Shown here: piece after piece, positions 14,380 to 26,172 of the stretch
How positions within the stretch are numbered: the first letter of the stretch is position 1
Layout of the letters: each line of letters opens with the position of its first letter
From: Eledone cirrhosa
Taxonomy: Eukaryota
Length of the DNA: 64,000 nucleotides
Direction: 5' to 3'
Assembly: GCA_964016885.1 (NCBI GenBank)
Contig: OZ024742.1
Coordinates: forward strand, 349,990,001 to 350,054,000
The notes under the pieces: generated by a model
Seen by the model: the letters and a program-made list of their open reading frames with translations, nothing else
Database searches by the model: none
Told to the model about the DNA's origin: nothing
Program-made: the position numbers and the translations under genes

Positions 14380-14380
<1 letters not shown>
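12616..14380 (+). mobile_element. 3' remnant of a Neptune-type PLE (GIY-YIG C-terminus, long AT-rich 3' UTR, HHR tail)
   Basis: About 12618-12720 translates as QMCNLYLLES-RTIIHCNLNRK*EIFSTC, matching ICNLCLNEKFTII..NRRSDLFSIC of the neighbouring ORF. HHR at 14293-14339. (TA)n on both sides. Confidence 0.65.
14293..14339 (+). ncRNA. Minimal type I hammerhead ribozyme (U4C core variant)
   Basis: TGCT CCGATGA [TCCCAGAC GGAT GTCTGGAA] GAAA CAATTG TC|AGCA. Stem I is TGCT/AGCA and stem III is the palindrome CAATTG. Confidence 0.75.
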
Positions 14381-14449
<69 letters not shown>

Positions 14450-14457
14450 GATGTTTG

Positions 14458-14496
<39 letters not shown>

Positions 14497-14528
14497 AGAT
14501 CAAAAGATGGTTAAAGGAGTTCAATATA

Positions 14529-14595
14529 TTTTATTATGCGCATTTCAAAAACAAACATCATCAAACAATAATATTTGTGTTTTCATCAGATAAAA
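14529..14595 (-). ncRNA. Type I hammerhead ribozyme in the PLE 3' pLTR
   Basis: Minus strand: TTTTAT CTGATGA [AAAC ACAAATATTAT TGTTTG ATGATGTTTGT TTTT] GAAA TGCGCA TA|ATAAAA, with palindromic stem III TGCGCA. Confidence 0.85.
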
Positions 14596-15844
14596 CAGGA
14601 GAACATGATATGAAGGCTAAAAAAACACTTGTTGATAGTGCAGTTTTAAATCAACATATGAAAAGTGGTTTTAGATTGATGTGTGATATTGGGAAAAATA
14701 TTTTATTTAGAGAGGGGGGAGAGAAAAGGATGAAAAGGGAAGGAGATGAGAGGGAGAGATGGGTGATAGAGAGAAAGAGATAGTTTTTATAACAGAGAGG
14801 AGATATATTTTATATAGAGGGGTTGAAAACCGTTGGAAGATACTGTATAAATTAAAAATTTTGAAAATTAACGAAGGGGGGATATGTGCGAGGAAAAAAT
14901 ATATTATATTTAGGGAGGGGTGGGGGTGGAAAGGATGAAAAAAAGGGAGGAGATGAGAGTGAAGGTGGAAAGGGAGAGATGGGTGATAGAGAGAAAGAGA
15001 TAGTTTTTATAACTGAGAAAAAGATATAATGTTTTAATATAGAGAGGTTGGGAACCGTTGGAAGATAATGTATAAATTAAAGGAATTTGAAAATTAACGA
15101 AGGGAAATTATGTATGGAGATAGAGAGAAACAAATAATAACGAAGGGAGATTATGTATGGAGATAGAGAGAAAAAAATAATAATTGTGGGTGAATATTCT
15201 AACGTCAAAAGGAGAAATGTAGGAATTTTAAAATTAGCAAAGAGAAAAAGTTTGTGTAGAAGGATTTGAGAAAAAATAATGTGAAGTTAAAGTTTTTATA
15301 TTGAATTCATATGTATTAATAATGAGTTCGTTGATGGGGAGAAAAAAATAATAATAAATTAAGGATGAAATTGAGATTAAAAAGATTTATGATAGAGAGA
15401 AAAAAAATAATAATGATTGCGGATGAATACTCAAAATGTCAAAAACAAATGTTATTGTTTTACGAGGAGATATAATGAGGGTGATGAGTAAACGGGTATT
15501 ATAGAGTGTATAATGCCCTTTAAAGTAAGGTAGATGGGTATATTTTAAAGAATATATGAGTATATATTAAGAAAATATATAATAATAAATTAAGGATGAA
15601 ATTGAGATTAAAAAGATTTATGATAGAGGGAAAAAAAAAAAAAAAAAAAAAAAATAATAATGATTGCGGATGAATATTCAAAATGTCAAAAACAAATGTT
15701 ATTGTTTTACGAGAAGATAGGATGAGTAAACGAGTATTATAGAGTGTATAATGCCCTTTAAAGTAAGGTAGATGGGTATATTTTAAAGAGGTGTATGTAT
15801 ATGTGCCTTTGAGAAAAGATTCTAAATTGATAAAGAATTGAATA

Positions 15845-17590
15845 TTAACTGTATACTTTGTGAAAAGTTCTATGGAATTTATGCAGGCAGATGGAAAACA
15901 AATCCGAGCGTCTATTTATTATGGATTCTAGGTTAGAGATAATGGTAAATTTTTCATTTAGGCAGAGATTACAGATTTTAGATAGAGAACTGTTCAAGTA
16001 CGAGGATGCAGAAGAAATCTTTTTCCAAAAGATGTTATATTTAATGTTTTTGTCTTTTAAGGACCATATGAGTTCTGAGAGAGCAGTGTTAGTTCTTTTA
16101 AGTTTGTATTTGAAAGATGAATGATGATTATAGAGACGAGCTTTAAAAGAGGTGGAAGTGGAGCCAAAATAGGTGAAGGAATTGGTGCTAGTTATAATTT
16201 TACATTCATAAATTAAGTTTTTATCGAGGCAATGGTTGTTGAGAGGACATTTATTTTTAATGCGGCAGTTGCAATTAGAGAGATTATTAATGAGTGATCT
16301 AGTGTTATCTATAGAAGGAATTGGATTGGAGAAGTTGTTTGCGATAGGAATAATAGGAATAATAGTTTCTTGATTTAGAGTTGGATTATGAACATTTAGC
16401 GAAGTTGTGTTTGACGTTGCATTTGGGTTTACAGAAGTTAGCCTAGGGTTTACAATGACGTCAGGAGTACTATTATTGTTATTATGAGATTCAATATTGG
16501 AAGGAAGAGATTTAGTATTTAATATTTTGTTGTTGTGTTTAGAAATGATGTTGGAAATATTGGAGGATGTAGAATACGAAAATTTGATGGTGTGTTTGTT
16601 AAATATTTTACTATAGATATGTGAGGGAGGGAAGCATTTATTTAAGGCACTAAAAAATAATTTAGGAATATTGTTATTAATAGAGATGGAGAAAGGAGCA
16701 TTATACCAGATTATGTTTTTGTATCTAGGTCTTTTATTAAAATTATTGGAATGGTTATGATTAAATATTCTACTGTAAGTTTTCCTAGAATTTGTTTCTT
16801 TATTATATTTGATTTTATCTGGATAGCCGGCTTTAGAAAGTGCGTTATTATAGTAATTGGCGTTAGCATCAAAGATGTTTTTATTAGAAGATATGTTAGA
16901 TATTCTATTTCCAATATTATTAACTATAGCATTCTTGATATTGGTAGGATGGTTAGATTTAAAGTTAACATAATTAAGATTCTCATTGTTTTTATGGTAA
17001 GGGTAATATAGGCCAGTGTCAAGATTAAGAGATACATCCAAGAAATTAGCTAGTTTGGTACTATTATCAAATTCAATTTTTAGGTTATGTTGGTTAAAGA
17101 GATTACGTATATTGTTCTTAATAATATTAAGTTTAACTATATTGCAATTTAGGATAGTAAAGAGTCCATCGTCACGATACATTCCACCGCGGAGTTGAGG
17201 AATTTTCCGACTCAAAGAGTTCGAAATGAAGATACCAATTAAATCAGTCAATTGGGATGAATCGGATGCTCCCATTGTGATGTCGAAGTTGTTAGAGGTA
17301 TCGGCTCTGGTCCAATATTCGTTGTTGAACTCTAGGATGGTTTTACGTGCGGTGAGGATGATGTGAAGTTCATCTGTGGTGATGTCAGAATATTTAAGTG
17401 CGAAAGATAGAGCATTATTGAGAAGTGAAGGCGAAATGGAGGAATAGTAGCTGGCAATATCGAATTGAATAAATTTTAGTTTGTTTTTATTATCCAATTT
17501 GTTGAACCAGCCAATCACTTCAGAAGTACCAAACCATAAATTTAGGTTTAAAGAAGAGCAATTAGAACTAACCTGTGGGATAATCGCATT
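15845..17590 (-). CDS. PLE reverse transcriptase / GIY-YIG endonuclease ORF, 5'-truncated but uninterrupted
   Basis: RT motifs FIQFDIASYY, ITMGASDS and YRDDGL; Cys linker CNCR..CPL..CL; LIYEC..TYFGST..FKARLYNH; ICNLCLNEK. The frame stays open upstream of 17518 (NLWFGTSEVIGWF) up to the inversion junction. Confidence 0.93.
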   Translation of the reverse strand, partial: NAIIPQVSSNCSSLNLNLWFGTSEVIGWFNKLDNKNKLKFIQFDIASYYSSISPSLLNNALSFALKYSDITTDELHIILTARKTILEFNNEYWTRADTSNNFDITMGASDSSQLTDLIGIFISNSLSRKIPQLRGGMYRDDGLFTILNCNIVKLNIIKNNIRNLFNQHNLKIEFDNSTKLANFLDVSLNLDTGLYYPYHKNNENLNYVNFKSNHPTNIKNAIVNNIGNRISNISSNKNIFDANANYYNNALSKAGYPDKIKYNKETNSRKTYSRIFNHNHSNNFNKRPRYKNIIWYNAPFSISINNNIPKLFFSALNKCFPPSHIYSKIFNKHTIKFSYSTSSNISNIISKHNNKILNTKSLPSNIESHNNNNSTPDVIVNPRLTSVNPNATSNTTSLNVHNPTLNQETIIPIIPIANNFSNPIPSIDNTRSLINNLSNCNCRIKNKCPLNNHCLDKNLIYECKIITSTNSFTYFGSTSTSFKARLYNHHSSFKYKLKRTNTALSELIWSLKDKNIKYNIFWKKISSASSYLNSSLSKICNLCLNEKFTIISNLESIINRRSDLFSICLHKFHRTFHKVYS

Positions 17591-17731
17591 GAAATGCGCA
17601 TAATAAAATATATTGAACTCCTTTAACCATCTTTTGATCTTATATTATGCATACTCCAGTCCCACAAACTGTAGAGTGCTTCTTATCCGATATCTGCATT
17701 GCTTTATTGTACTACAATAAAACTCACCTCC

Positions 17732-17772
<41 letters not shown>

Positions 17773-17773
<1 letters not shown>

Positions 17774-17855
17774 CTAGATTTGAACTCAGAAAGTGCCGTA
17801 ACTGTATGTCATACAGTATGGTGCCCGACGCTCTACCGATACTGCTAATCCACAT
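17773..17855 (-). mobile_element. tRNA-derived SINE head fragment
   Basis: GATTTGAACTCAGAA...CTCTACCGATACTGCTAATCCAC matches the heads of the full SINE copies at 23278 and 52004. Confidence 0.7.
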
Positions 17856-18321
17856 GATAATAATGTATGCCACCTTATGCCTGACCTGAAAAACATATTT
17901 CTTCCCCATAATTAACACCTTGTATGTCTACTCTGCTTCACTTGCTTTCCTCATTACTCGCCCATATTCAATATTTGATAAGGCCAATGTTCTTGATACG
18001 TGTTTTTGTTAAATGCAATCCCTCTTGATAAAACTGACGATATGCAGGAGTTTATATATATATAAGATAATAACAAGAGAGAAAGAAAGAGAGATAAATA
18101 AAAATGTGAACTCTTTAAAATGTATGTAAACTGTGTTTTTTATCAATATACACATTCATTTTATTATACACTCTTTAATCATATTTCCTGTAGCACGAAG
18201 AAACCTAAACAGCTTTTGGCTGAACCTGGTACGATTAATTGCCTTTTTTAAAACAAATGTCTTACTGTTAATTTTATGAGAAAGTCTCTTTAGCATTTAA
18301 TACTGTTTTTCTTATTTTCGT

Positions 18322-18587
<266 letters not shown>

Positions 18588-19200
18588 TTGTCATCATCAT
18601 CATCATCATTAATAACCTCATCAGCGGCAGTAAAACACCAACTAATTGTATTCAAGTGATACATCCACGTGGTGTTGAAACACCAAATCACTCCAAATGT
18701 ATATATTGGTCTACATAGAGAGTAAAATATTTTATACCAGTAATGAACTGGTGAACTGTGGGGAATAATATAAAGTCATTAACTCTATCCATCTTTAATA
18801 ATTGCCTTTGTACCAGAGTAGAAGACTCTGTTCTGTTGTGTTTGGTTTAGTTTACTAAATATTTTATTGCACATCTCTGATAAATACCTTTCAAGAACAC
18901 TCCAACGTTGGAGACATTAGAAGGCCATATGACCTGCTAGAAGTAGTAGTCATATTCCTCTTAAACTATATTCCTTATCATCTTAAAACCTGATGAATTA
19001 TTTCATATTACAATCATGAAAAAAATTGTCTGAAAATAAGATGGATTGGTCATAACCGGAACGCTTTGATTTCACCCTCCTCGTTACCATAGATGACCTG
19101 GAACATAAATGACAACACAAAATACAAACAAACAAAAAAGATCACAGAGAAAGATATAATAACATCAGTAAATATTGTTTGATGAATGAGCCCTATCCTC

Positions 19201-19320
19201 TGTGGTGTACACCCCACCATACGGTGTACACCCCACCGTGGGGTGTATGCTCCACAGTGGCGTGTACTCCCCACCGTGTGGTGTACTCCCCACCGGGCGG
19301 TGTACGCCTCAACAAAGGGG
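19201..19320. repeat. About 19-bp GC-rich minisatellite, about 6 units
   Basis: GGTGTACACCCCACC(A/G)T.. repeated, with a related copy at about 19446-19470. Confidence 0.8.
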
Positions 19321-20082
19321 AGCAATTTGAATATGTAAAGGAGGGATGATGTTAATGAGAATAAACTTTAGGTTTTACCCCATTACTTTCACACCCAGGA
19401 AACTTTGGTAAACAATACTGTCAGATACTTCTGTGTCATCTCAATGTGGGGTGCATGCCCCACGGGGGCGCAGTTCGAATATTTAGAGGGGGCAATTTGA
19501 AAATAATGTTAAAGAGGATAAACGTATTACTTTTAGTCCAAGGTAACTTTGATACACATTACTGCCAGAAACTCCTGCCTCACCTTCTCCACACACTTTA
19601 TTGGGCATCTGACGCCACATATACGCCAATTTCTTTACACTCTACAGTTGACCATCGCTGTTTTCACATCAAAGGCAACATTTTCTTATTAAAAGGCGAA
19701 TAACAACTTTTGAGATGTTGGGGTGGGGTTTGGTGCACAAAAGACTGGAAGCAGTAGTGTTACGAGAACATCATAGAATTTATGCTAAAATATGAAATTA
19801 TAATTATCGAAAATATTAATGTAAATTATCGCTATTATAATAATTCGTAGTGACGTCAAATCCTCGTAAGTCGCTTCATCAACTCTATTGAATTTAACGA
19901 TCTACTAAGTCTTCTTCATCATACAATAGAATATTGCTTATACTCTCAATGTAATACAGAAATTTAGATAATAAAAGTATGATGGCTTAGAAATTCAGCT
20001 CTGTGTTATAGGAGATGGTGTGAAAGTGGTTGGGGGTTATTCTATGTATGATGGTAGAATGGAAGCAAATAATACTTTATAG

Positions 20083-20154
<72 letters not shown>

Positions 20155-20320
20155 ACACACACACATATATATATATCGTTATATAAATAAATAAATATAT
20201 ATACATATGCTTGTATATTAGTATATGTGTATATATACATACATACACACATACATATCTATACATGCGCACACATATACACACGTGCACATACACACGT
20301 GCACATACACACGTGCACAT

Positions 20321-20371
<51 letters not shown>

Positions 20372-20949
20372 AGTAAATATAAATTAATATATATGATGAA
20401 ACACAAATACCAACATATCTGTGTTTATATTGTAAAATAAATTAAATTAGCTAGAATGAAATATACTAATTATAATATTACAGTTTGCCTATCTCGATTT
20501 AAAATAATAAATCAATAAAAACAAACAGTATTGGCAAATGGCCATGGTGTTTAGACAAATTTAAATTTCAAAATCAAACCTCTTCCGTAGATAAGTTTAA
20601 ACTTTAAAATCCAAATATGTTTCGAGATGAATAAGTGTAAGGATATCATGTCCAGCTCACATCAGTAAACACCCTGAACAAATTGATATGCTTCACTTCT
20701 AAATATTTTAAAAGACTGTTTAACACACATGGTTTAACACATGGTTTTCCAGTTTAAATAGACTTAATATATATATATATATATATAAATACACACTTTC
20801 TGTTTTTTTCCCTTCTTACCATCTTACGCTCACCAAACAATTTTTCTATCTCCCGACGAAGAAACGATTTCCGAAACGTTATGATTCATTTCCTACTATA
20901 TCAAGCTTTAAACTAATATATTATTACTGGACTGTATCGCTATACTGTA

Positions 20950-21110
20950 ATAACGAAGGAATTGTGGTAAGGAACCAGATGGACCATAACGCACCAGAGT
21001 ATTCAATACTTAGAGTAGTAGATAGGGTAATATGAAAAGATATGACCCCGACGGCAGAGCTCAAGCCGTTTCGACGGCTATTTTTAGACTAAATTAAAAT
21101 TTTTAGCCTG
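20950..21110. mobile_element. Family A tail, interrupted by the 5' end of an R4-type LINE
   Basis: AAGGAACCAGATGGACCATAACGCACCAGAGTA..GAGCTCAAGCCGTTTCGACGGCTATT matches 11530-11645. Confidence 0.75.
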
Positions 21111-21124
21111 TTAACAGAGTACTG

Positions 21125-23260
21125 GATATTTTTGATGTCGGGTGAGGTATCAGAGTGGTTGACAAAAGGTACCACAGTCCTGGTAATGAAAGACCGAATC
21201 AAGGGTAATGATGTTACCAACAATAGACCTACCACATGTCTATCCGTAATGTGGAAACTGTTAACAAGCATTATGTCTGAGGAAACCTACCATCACCTCC
21301 ACACAAACAACTTGTTACCGGACGAACAGAATGGATGCCCAAAGAAGTCCCGTGGTACAAAAGACCAGCTACTTATTGATAAGATGGTAATGAGGATGTG
21401 CAAGAGGAGGCACACTGGTCTTGCCATGGGATGAATAGACTACAAAAAGACATTCGACATGGTACCTCATTCTTGGATAACCAAAAGCCTAGAGATCTTC
21501 AAGGTGGCAGATAACATCAGACAGTTGTTGAGCAAAAGTATGAAGTCCTGGGAAACAGAATTAACATCGAGTGAAGATGGAGAATCCTTGGGAGGAGTGA
21601 AAATCAAGAGGGAGATAGTCTGTCCCCTCTGTTGTTTGTCCTTGCCCTGATACCCCTGACCATTATATTGCGAAATGTGAGAGCAGGATACAAGTTGGGA
21701 AAAGGAGAGCGTACCATCAACCACCTCCTCTTCATGGACGATCTGAAACTCTTTGGGAAAAGTGAGAAGGAGTTGGATGTACTTATTGACACTGTCCGTA
21801 TTTTCAGCTGTGATATATGTATGCAATTTGGTATTAATAAGTTTGGAGTTCTAGTGATGAAGAGGGGTAAATTGAGCAGAAGCAACGGAATCCAGGTACC
21901 AACAGGTGAGATGATAAAGAAATTGACACTGAAGAAGGATACAAATATTTCGGTGTTCTGGAGGCAGATGACATCAAGAACAAAAAAATGAAGGAATTGA
22001 TAAGATCTGAGTACATTAGGAGAGTAAGGAGCGTATTAAAATCACATCTAAATAGTAGGAGTGTCATAAGTGCAGTGAATTCCCGAGCTGTGTCTATTAT
22101 TAGGTACAGTGCGAGAATTCTGAAATGGAATGTTGCTGAACAAAAAGAAATGGATAGGAAGACTAGGAAGCTATTGACTATCTACGACATGTTACACAAG
22201 AGGAGTGATGTCGATAGACTCTACTTAAAGAGATCTGAAGGTGGAAGAGGTCTTATCAGCATAGAGGATTGTGTTCAGATGGAGAAAAACAACCTGCACA
22301 AATACGGGACTGACAGTAGGGAGCCAATGCTCAGAATGGTACTGAAGGAGAGAAAAATAGACCAGGGGATGTACAAGGAGGAAATAACAACAAGGAGGAA
22401 GACCAACCTTCATGAAAAATCCCTTCATAGTACCTTCTTTGAGAAAACTGAATTTAGAGATCCACAGACATGGAACTGGTTAAAAAGAGGAGACATTAAA
22501 AAGGCTACAGAAGGAATGCTAATGGCTGCGCAAGAGCAGGCACTCAAAACGAAGTGAGTGAAACACCATATTTACAAGGTGGAGGCTAGCCCACTATGTA
22601 GGATCTGTGGAGAGAGAGAGGAAACTGTGGCTCACATTGTATCCGAGTGTAAACACCTAGCCCAGACTCACTATAAAGGCTGGAGAGATGATGTGATGGG
22701 CAGGGTGATCCACTGTCACCTATGCAAAGTAAACAATTTACCACATTCTGAGAAGTGGTATGAGCATAAGCCAGAGTCGGTGATAGAAAACGATCAGGTG
22801 AAGGTGCTATGGGATTTTAGGATACAGACGGATAAGAAACTGGAACACAATAGGCCTGACCTGGTGGTTTTGGACAAGGAAAAAAGATCATGCCAGATTG
22901 TAGATGTAGCCTGCGCATTCGACACGAGAGTGCAAGAAAAGGAGAGGGAGAAAATTAACCGATACCAAGACTTAACGTGGGAGGTAAAAAGGATTTGGAA
23001 CTGCCATGAAGTCAGAGTCGTCCCGATTGTCATAGGCGCATTAGGTACTATCTCAAAGAGTTTCCAAAGATGGTTAAAGAAAGTTAGTCCAGCCTCGCTT
23101 TTTGGAACACTTCAAAAGGCATGCTTGCTGGGAACAGCAAAAACCCTCCGATACGTCCTGAATATCTGAGGCTACAGGTAGTGGCTTGATATTCATTTCA
23201 ACAAATTTTCCAGTTAAATAACATCAATGACTGAGACTCAAAGAACAATAACAATAGTAA
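21125..23260 (+). pseudogene. 5'-truncated, decayed R4/Dong-clade non-LTR retrotransposon (RT + CCHC + restriction-like endonuclease)
   Basis: RPTTCLS, EQNGC..SRGTKDQLLID, DYKKTFDMVPH, HLLFMDDLKL, CRICGEREETVAHIVSEC and HNRPDLVVLD..IVDVAC. Stops and frameshifts split it into several ORFs. The 3' end runs into (TAA)n. Confidence 0.9.
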
Positions 23261-23277
23261 TAATAATAATAATAATG

Positions 23278-23466
23278 ATTGTTTCTACTTATGGCACAAG
23301 GCCAGCAATTACCCAGTGCATTACTGGTACTTTATTTTATCGACCCCATAAGGATCAAAGGCAAAGTTAACCTCGGCGGGATTTGAACTCAGAACGGCAA
23401 GGGCCGTAACTCTATGCATCAAAGCAAGGCATCCGACCCTCTACCGATACTGTCAATCCACCGCCC

Positions 23467-23468
<2 letters not shown>
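23278..23468 (-). mobile_element. tRNA-derived SINE, full length
   Basis: Head GGGCGGTGGATTGACAGTATCGGTAG...GAGTTCAAATCCC (A/B-box-like), core GCCTTTGATCCTTATGGGGTCGATAAAATAAAGTACCAG, and (ATT)n tail. Multiple copies in the window. Confidence 0.9.
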
Positions 23469-23556
<88 letters not shown>

Positions 23557-23580
23557 TCTACTTTTGGCACAAGGACAGAA

Positions 23581-23800
23581 ATAATAATAATAATGATTTC
23601 TTTATTGGCCGCAAGGGCTGACATCAAGAAAAACCTAACTGACGGCACAGGACGGTACAGGACGGTACGATGTGGGTTTTGTGCGTGTACAGATTTTTAT
23701 TATTTATATAAGAAAAGAAAAAAAAGACATAGAAACATTTATATATATAAACAATAAAAATGAAAATTGAAACAATGAAAAATTCCCCAATAGATAATAA
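23581..23800 (-). mobile_element. 3' end fragment of the Tx1-like LINE family
   Basis: Minus strand ..GTCAGCCCTTGCGGCCAATAAAGAAATCATTATT resembles the 3' end at 33660-33693 (GTCAACCCTTGTGGTTAATAAAGAAACATTATT). Confidence 0.65.
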
Positions 23801-23815
23801 TCCTTGGACTTATTG

Positions 23816-23880
<65 letters not shown>

Positions 23881-24025
23881 CGTGTGTGTGTGTGTGTGTG
23901 TGTGTATAATTCTTGTGATTTTATAAATCTCTATACTCACTCTGTATCTCCCTATGCATTGAGTACTCCCATGAATAGTGGTTGCCTAGGTCTCAGCACC
24001 GCAGATACTCTCTCTCTCTCTGGAC

Positions 24026-24079
<54 letters not shown>

Positions 24080-24149
24080 TCGCGTGTGTGGGCGTATGTG
24101 TGTGTACGTGTGTGTGTGTGTGTGTGTGTAAGTGTGTGTGTGTGTGTGT

Positions 24150-24280
24150 GTCGGGTTCTAATGGGGATAACCCCAGTTTGTAAGGTTCCCAAAATATTAG
24201 TAGAATGTAAGCATCAAGTTTAAAATAGAAATGGCTTTTACAAGATTAGAACTGTTTCATTCGTATGAAATCATCAGAAT
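24150..24280 (-). mobile_element. PLE tail with HHR core (same family as 57664-57862)
   Basis: Minus strand CTGATGA TTTC ATAC GAAT GAAA CAG TT CTAATC. The downstream tail aligns by eye with 57670-57775. Confidence 0.65.
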
Positions 24281-24483
24281 ATGTAAATATACATAGCATC
24301 TCTCTCGCTCTTTATATATATATATATATAAATATAGATTTTGAGTTTATGTTGGTTGTATACCAACACCTCAGTATGCAGCTGGAGCACTCGACGAAGT
24401 GCGCAGGTTGGTTTGGTTACTCCGGAGTAGTGTAAAATAAAGTTAAATAAAAGTGAAATGTTTAAAATTTAGCTTCGTTTATT

Positions 24484-24538
24484 ACTGCTATATATATTTC
24501 AGTGACATCCATCTTTGGCTGTAACCTCTTCAGGCAGT
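24484..24538 (-). ncRNA. Type I hammerhead ribozyme (left-arm copy)
   Basis: ACTGC CTGAAGA GGTTACAGCC AAAGAT GGATGTCACT GAAA TATATA TA|GCAGT. Confidence 0.75.
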
Positions 24539-24654
24539 TCGAATTAGTGTGGTATAGACAAGTAGATATGTTGTTGAGGTGTATAATTTTGTCAATATTG
24601 ACAAAATTATACACCTCAACAACATATGTACTTGTCTATACCACACTAATTCAG

Positions 24655-24709
24655 ACTGCCTGAAGAGGTCACAGCCAAAGATGGCTGTCACCGAAATATA
24701 TATAGCAGT
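24655..24709 (+). ncRNA. Type I hammerhead ribozyme (right-arm copy)
   Basis: ACTGC CTGAAGA GGTCACAGCC AAAGAT GGCTGTCACC GAAA TATATA TA|GCAGT, followed by AATAAA. Confidence 0.85.
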
Positions 24710-24782
24710 AATAAACGAAGCTAAATTTTAAACATTTGACTTATTTATTTTACTTTATTTTATATATAAATATATATCTATA

Positions 24783-25006
24783 TAGTAATAATAATAAATA
24801 TGAAGATTAAAATCCAAAGAGGGCTCGATAAGGATAAATATATATCAAATATATAAGAACCGTAGAGCAAATATTTATTAAAATAACAGATTAAAGTTTA
24901 AGCAAAGAATCGCTGCTTTCACCCTTAACAGGATCTTCAGAAGATCCCGTTAAGGGTGAAAGTAGCGATTCTTTGCTTAAACTTTAATCTGTTATTTTAA
25001 TAAATA
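24783..25006. mobile_element. Fold-back element family F (other copies at 12493, 29249, 40935, 60167)
   Basis: Arms of about 65 bp centred on ATCTTC-A-GAAGAT (24939), plus a tail of about 90 bp. Nearly identical to 60167-60388. Confidence 0.85.
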
Positions 25007-25024
25007 TCTATCTATCTATCTATC

Positions 25025-25084
<60 letters not shown>

Positions 25085-25087
<3 letters not shown>

Positions 25088-25602
25088 TTGTTGGTTCACC
25101 ACTGGATAGAACTGGTAATTCCGTATGGTCAACCTCGATGTAATATTATGGAGAGCACTCAACGTAATGCAACTCACCCGTTTTCGTTAGTGTAGTTGGT
25201 GGTACGAGTAGGGAGATAATTATTATAAAATAACAGAAGTCCGGACTGGTGTACTTCCTTAAAAGGTTTATTATACTATGGTCATTTCAATGACCGGGTG
25301 CAGTATGAATCCGGTGACATCATCTGGTATTCGAAATTTAACAAAGGAATATAATAGACAAAATCCATGGGGCTGAAAATCAGAGACATGAGGGCAGGCG
25401 GCCGACCGAGGTAGAAGCTGCTAAATGTTCGGTCGCCCTCATGTCTCTGACTTTCAGCCCCATGGATTTTGTCTATTATATTCCTTTGTTATATTTCGAA
25501 TACCCGATGATGTCACCGGATTCATACTGGACCCGGTCATTAAAATGATCATAGTATAATAAACCTTTTAAGGAATTAAACCAGTCCAGCCTCCTGTTAT
25601 TT

Positions 25603-25605
<3 letters not shown>
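25085..25605. mobile_element. Asymmetric fold-back element with degenerate HHRs in both arms
   Basis: Arms about 25225-25394 and 25435-25605. Plus HHR at 25500-25557: ATAC CCGATGA..ACCGG..CCGGT..aAAA TGATCA TA|GTAT. The minus copy at 25273-25330 keeps GAAA. Confidence 0.8.
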
Positions 25606-25679
<74 letters not shown>

Positions 25680-26088
25680 TCACTCCGGAGATTCACCTGT
25701 ACACTTTGAGGAGTATCAGAAAAACTTGTGCACAGGTGACAATCCAGATTAACAACAATCACTAATTAGCCATAATAAATTAATAAAGATCCATTATTTA
25801 TATCAAATTCCCTTTACACCCAATTTAAGCCTTCGAATACTCCTTTCAGTGCAGCATTAACTAGTTTAGATTATATCACACCCTTTGTCTTTCTCCTCTT
25901 TCAATATTAGTCTAAATGTTTTTACTGTGATGTCCTATAGTGATAATTCTTGACTAAGGCTTTTCCTAATAATCTGCATATAAAGATATTTCTTAATCAA
26001 TAAGAACTTTAAGTGCAATCAAATTTCAATATTATCGAAGTCTTTCATATAATCCATACGACCCGTATAAGAATGTTGCTTATAATCT

Positions 26089-26172
26089 CTGTGAATTTGA
26101 TCTGTGAATTTGATCCGTGAAGCTGATCGTTGAATTTGATCCGTGAATTTGATCTATTAATTTGATCTGTAA
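26089..26172. repeat. About 13-bp tandem repeat (GTGAATTTGATC[T/C]), about 6 units
   Basis: Read directly from the sequence. Confidence 0.8.

Larger units (their letters stand above)
14489..17733 (-). mobile_element. 5'-truncated Neptune-type Penelope-like retrotransposon with inverted pLTR
   Basis: RT + GIY-YIG ORF, a 3' UTR with internal duplications, and an HHR-bearing 3' end. 17590-17648 is an inverted copy of 14489-14547. Both ends abut (TA)n. Confidence 0.92.
24335..24762. mobile_element. Asymmetric fold-back element with an HHR in each arm
   Basis: Arms about 24433-24596 and 24597-24762, centre GTCAAT|ATTGAC, extra tail on the left, TA flanks. Confidence 0.85.

Noticed and set aside
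20848-20885. HHR-like CCGACGA..GAAACGTT
   Set aside because: Stem I is not convincing; at best a decayed motif.
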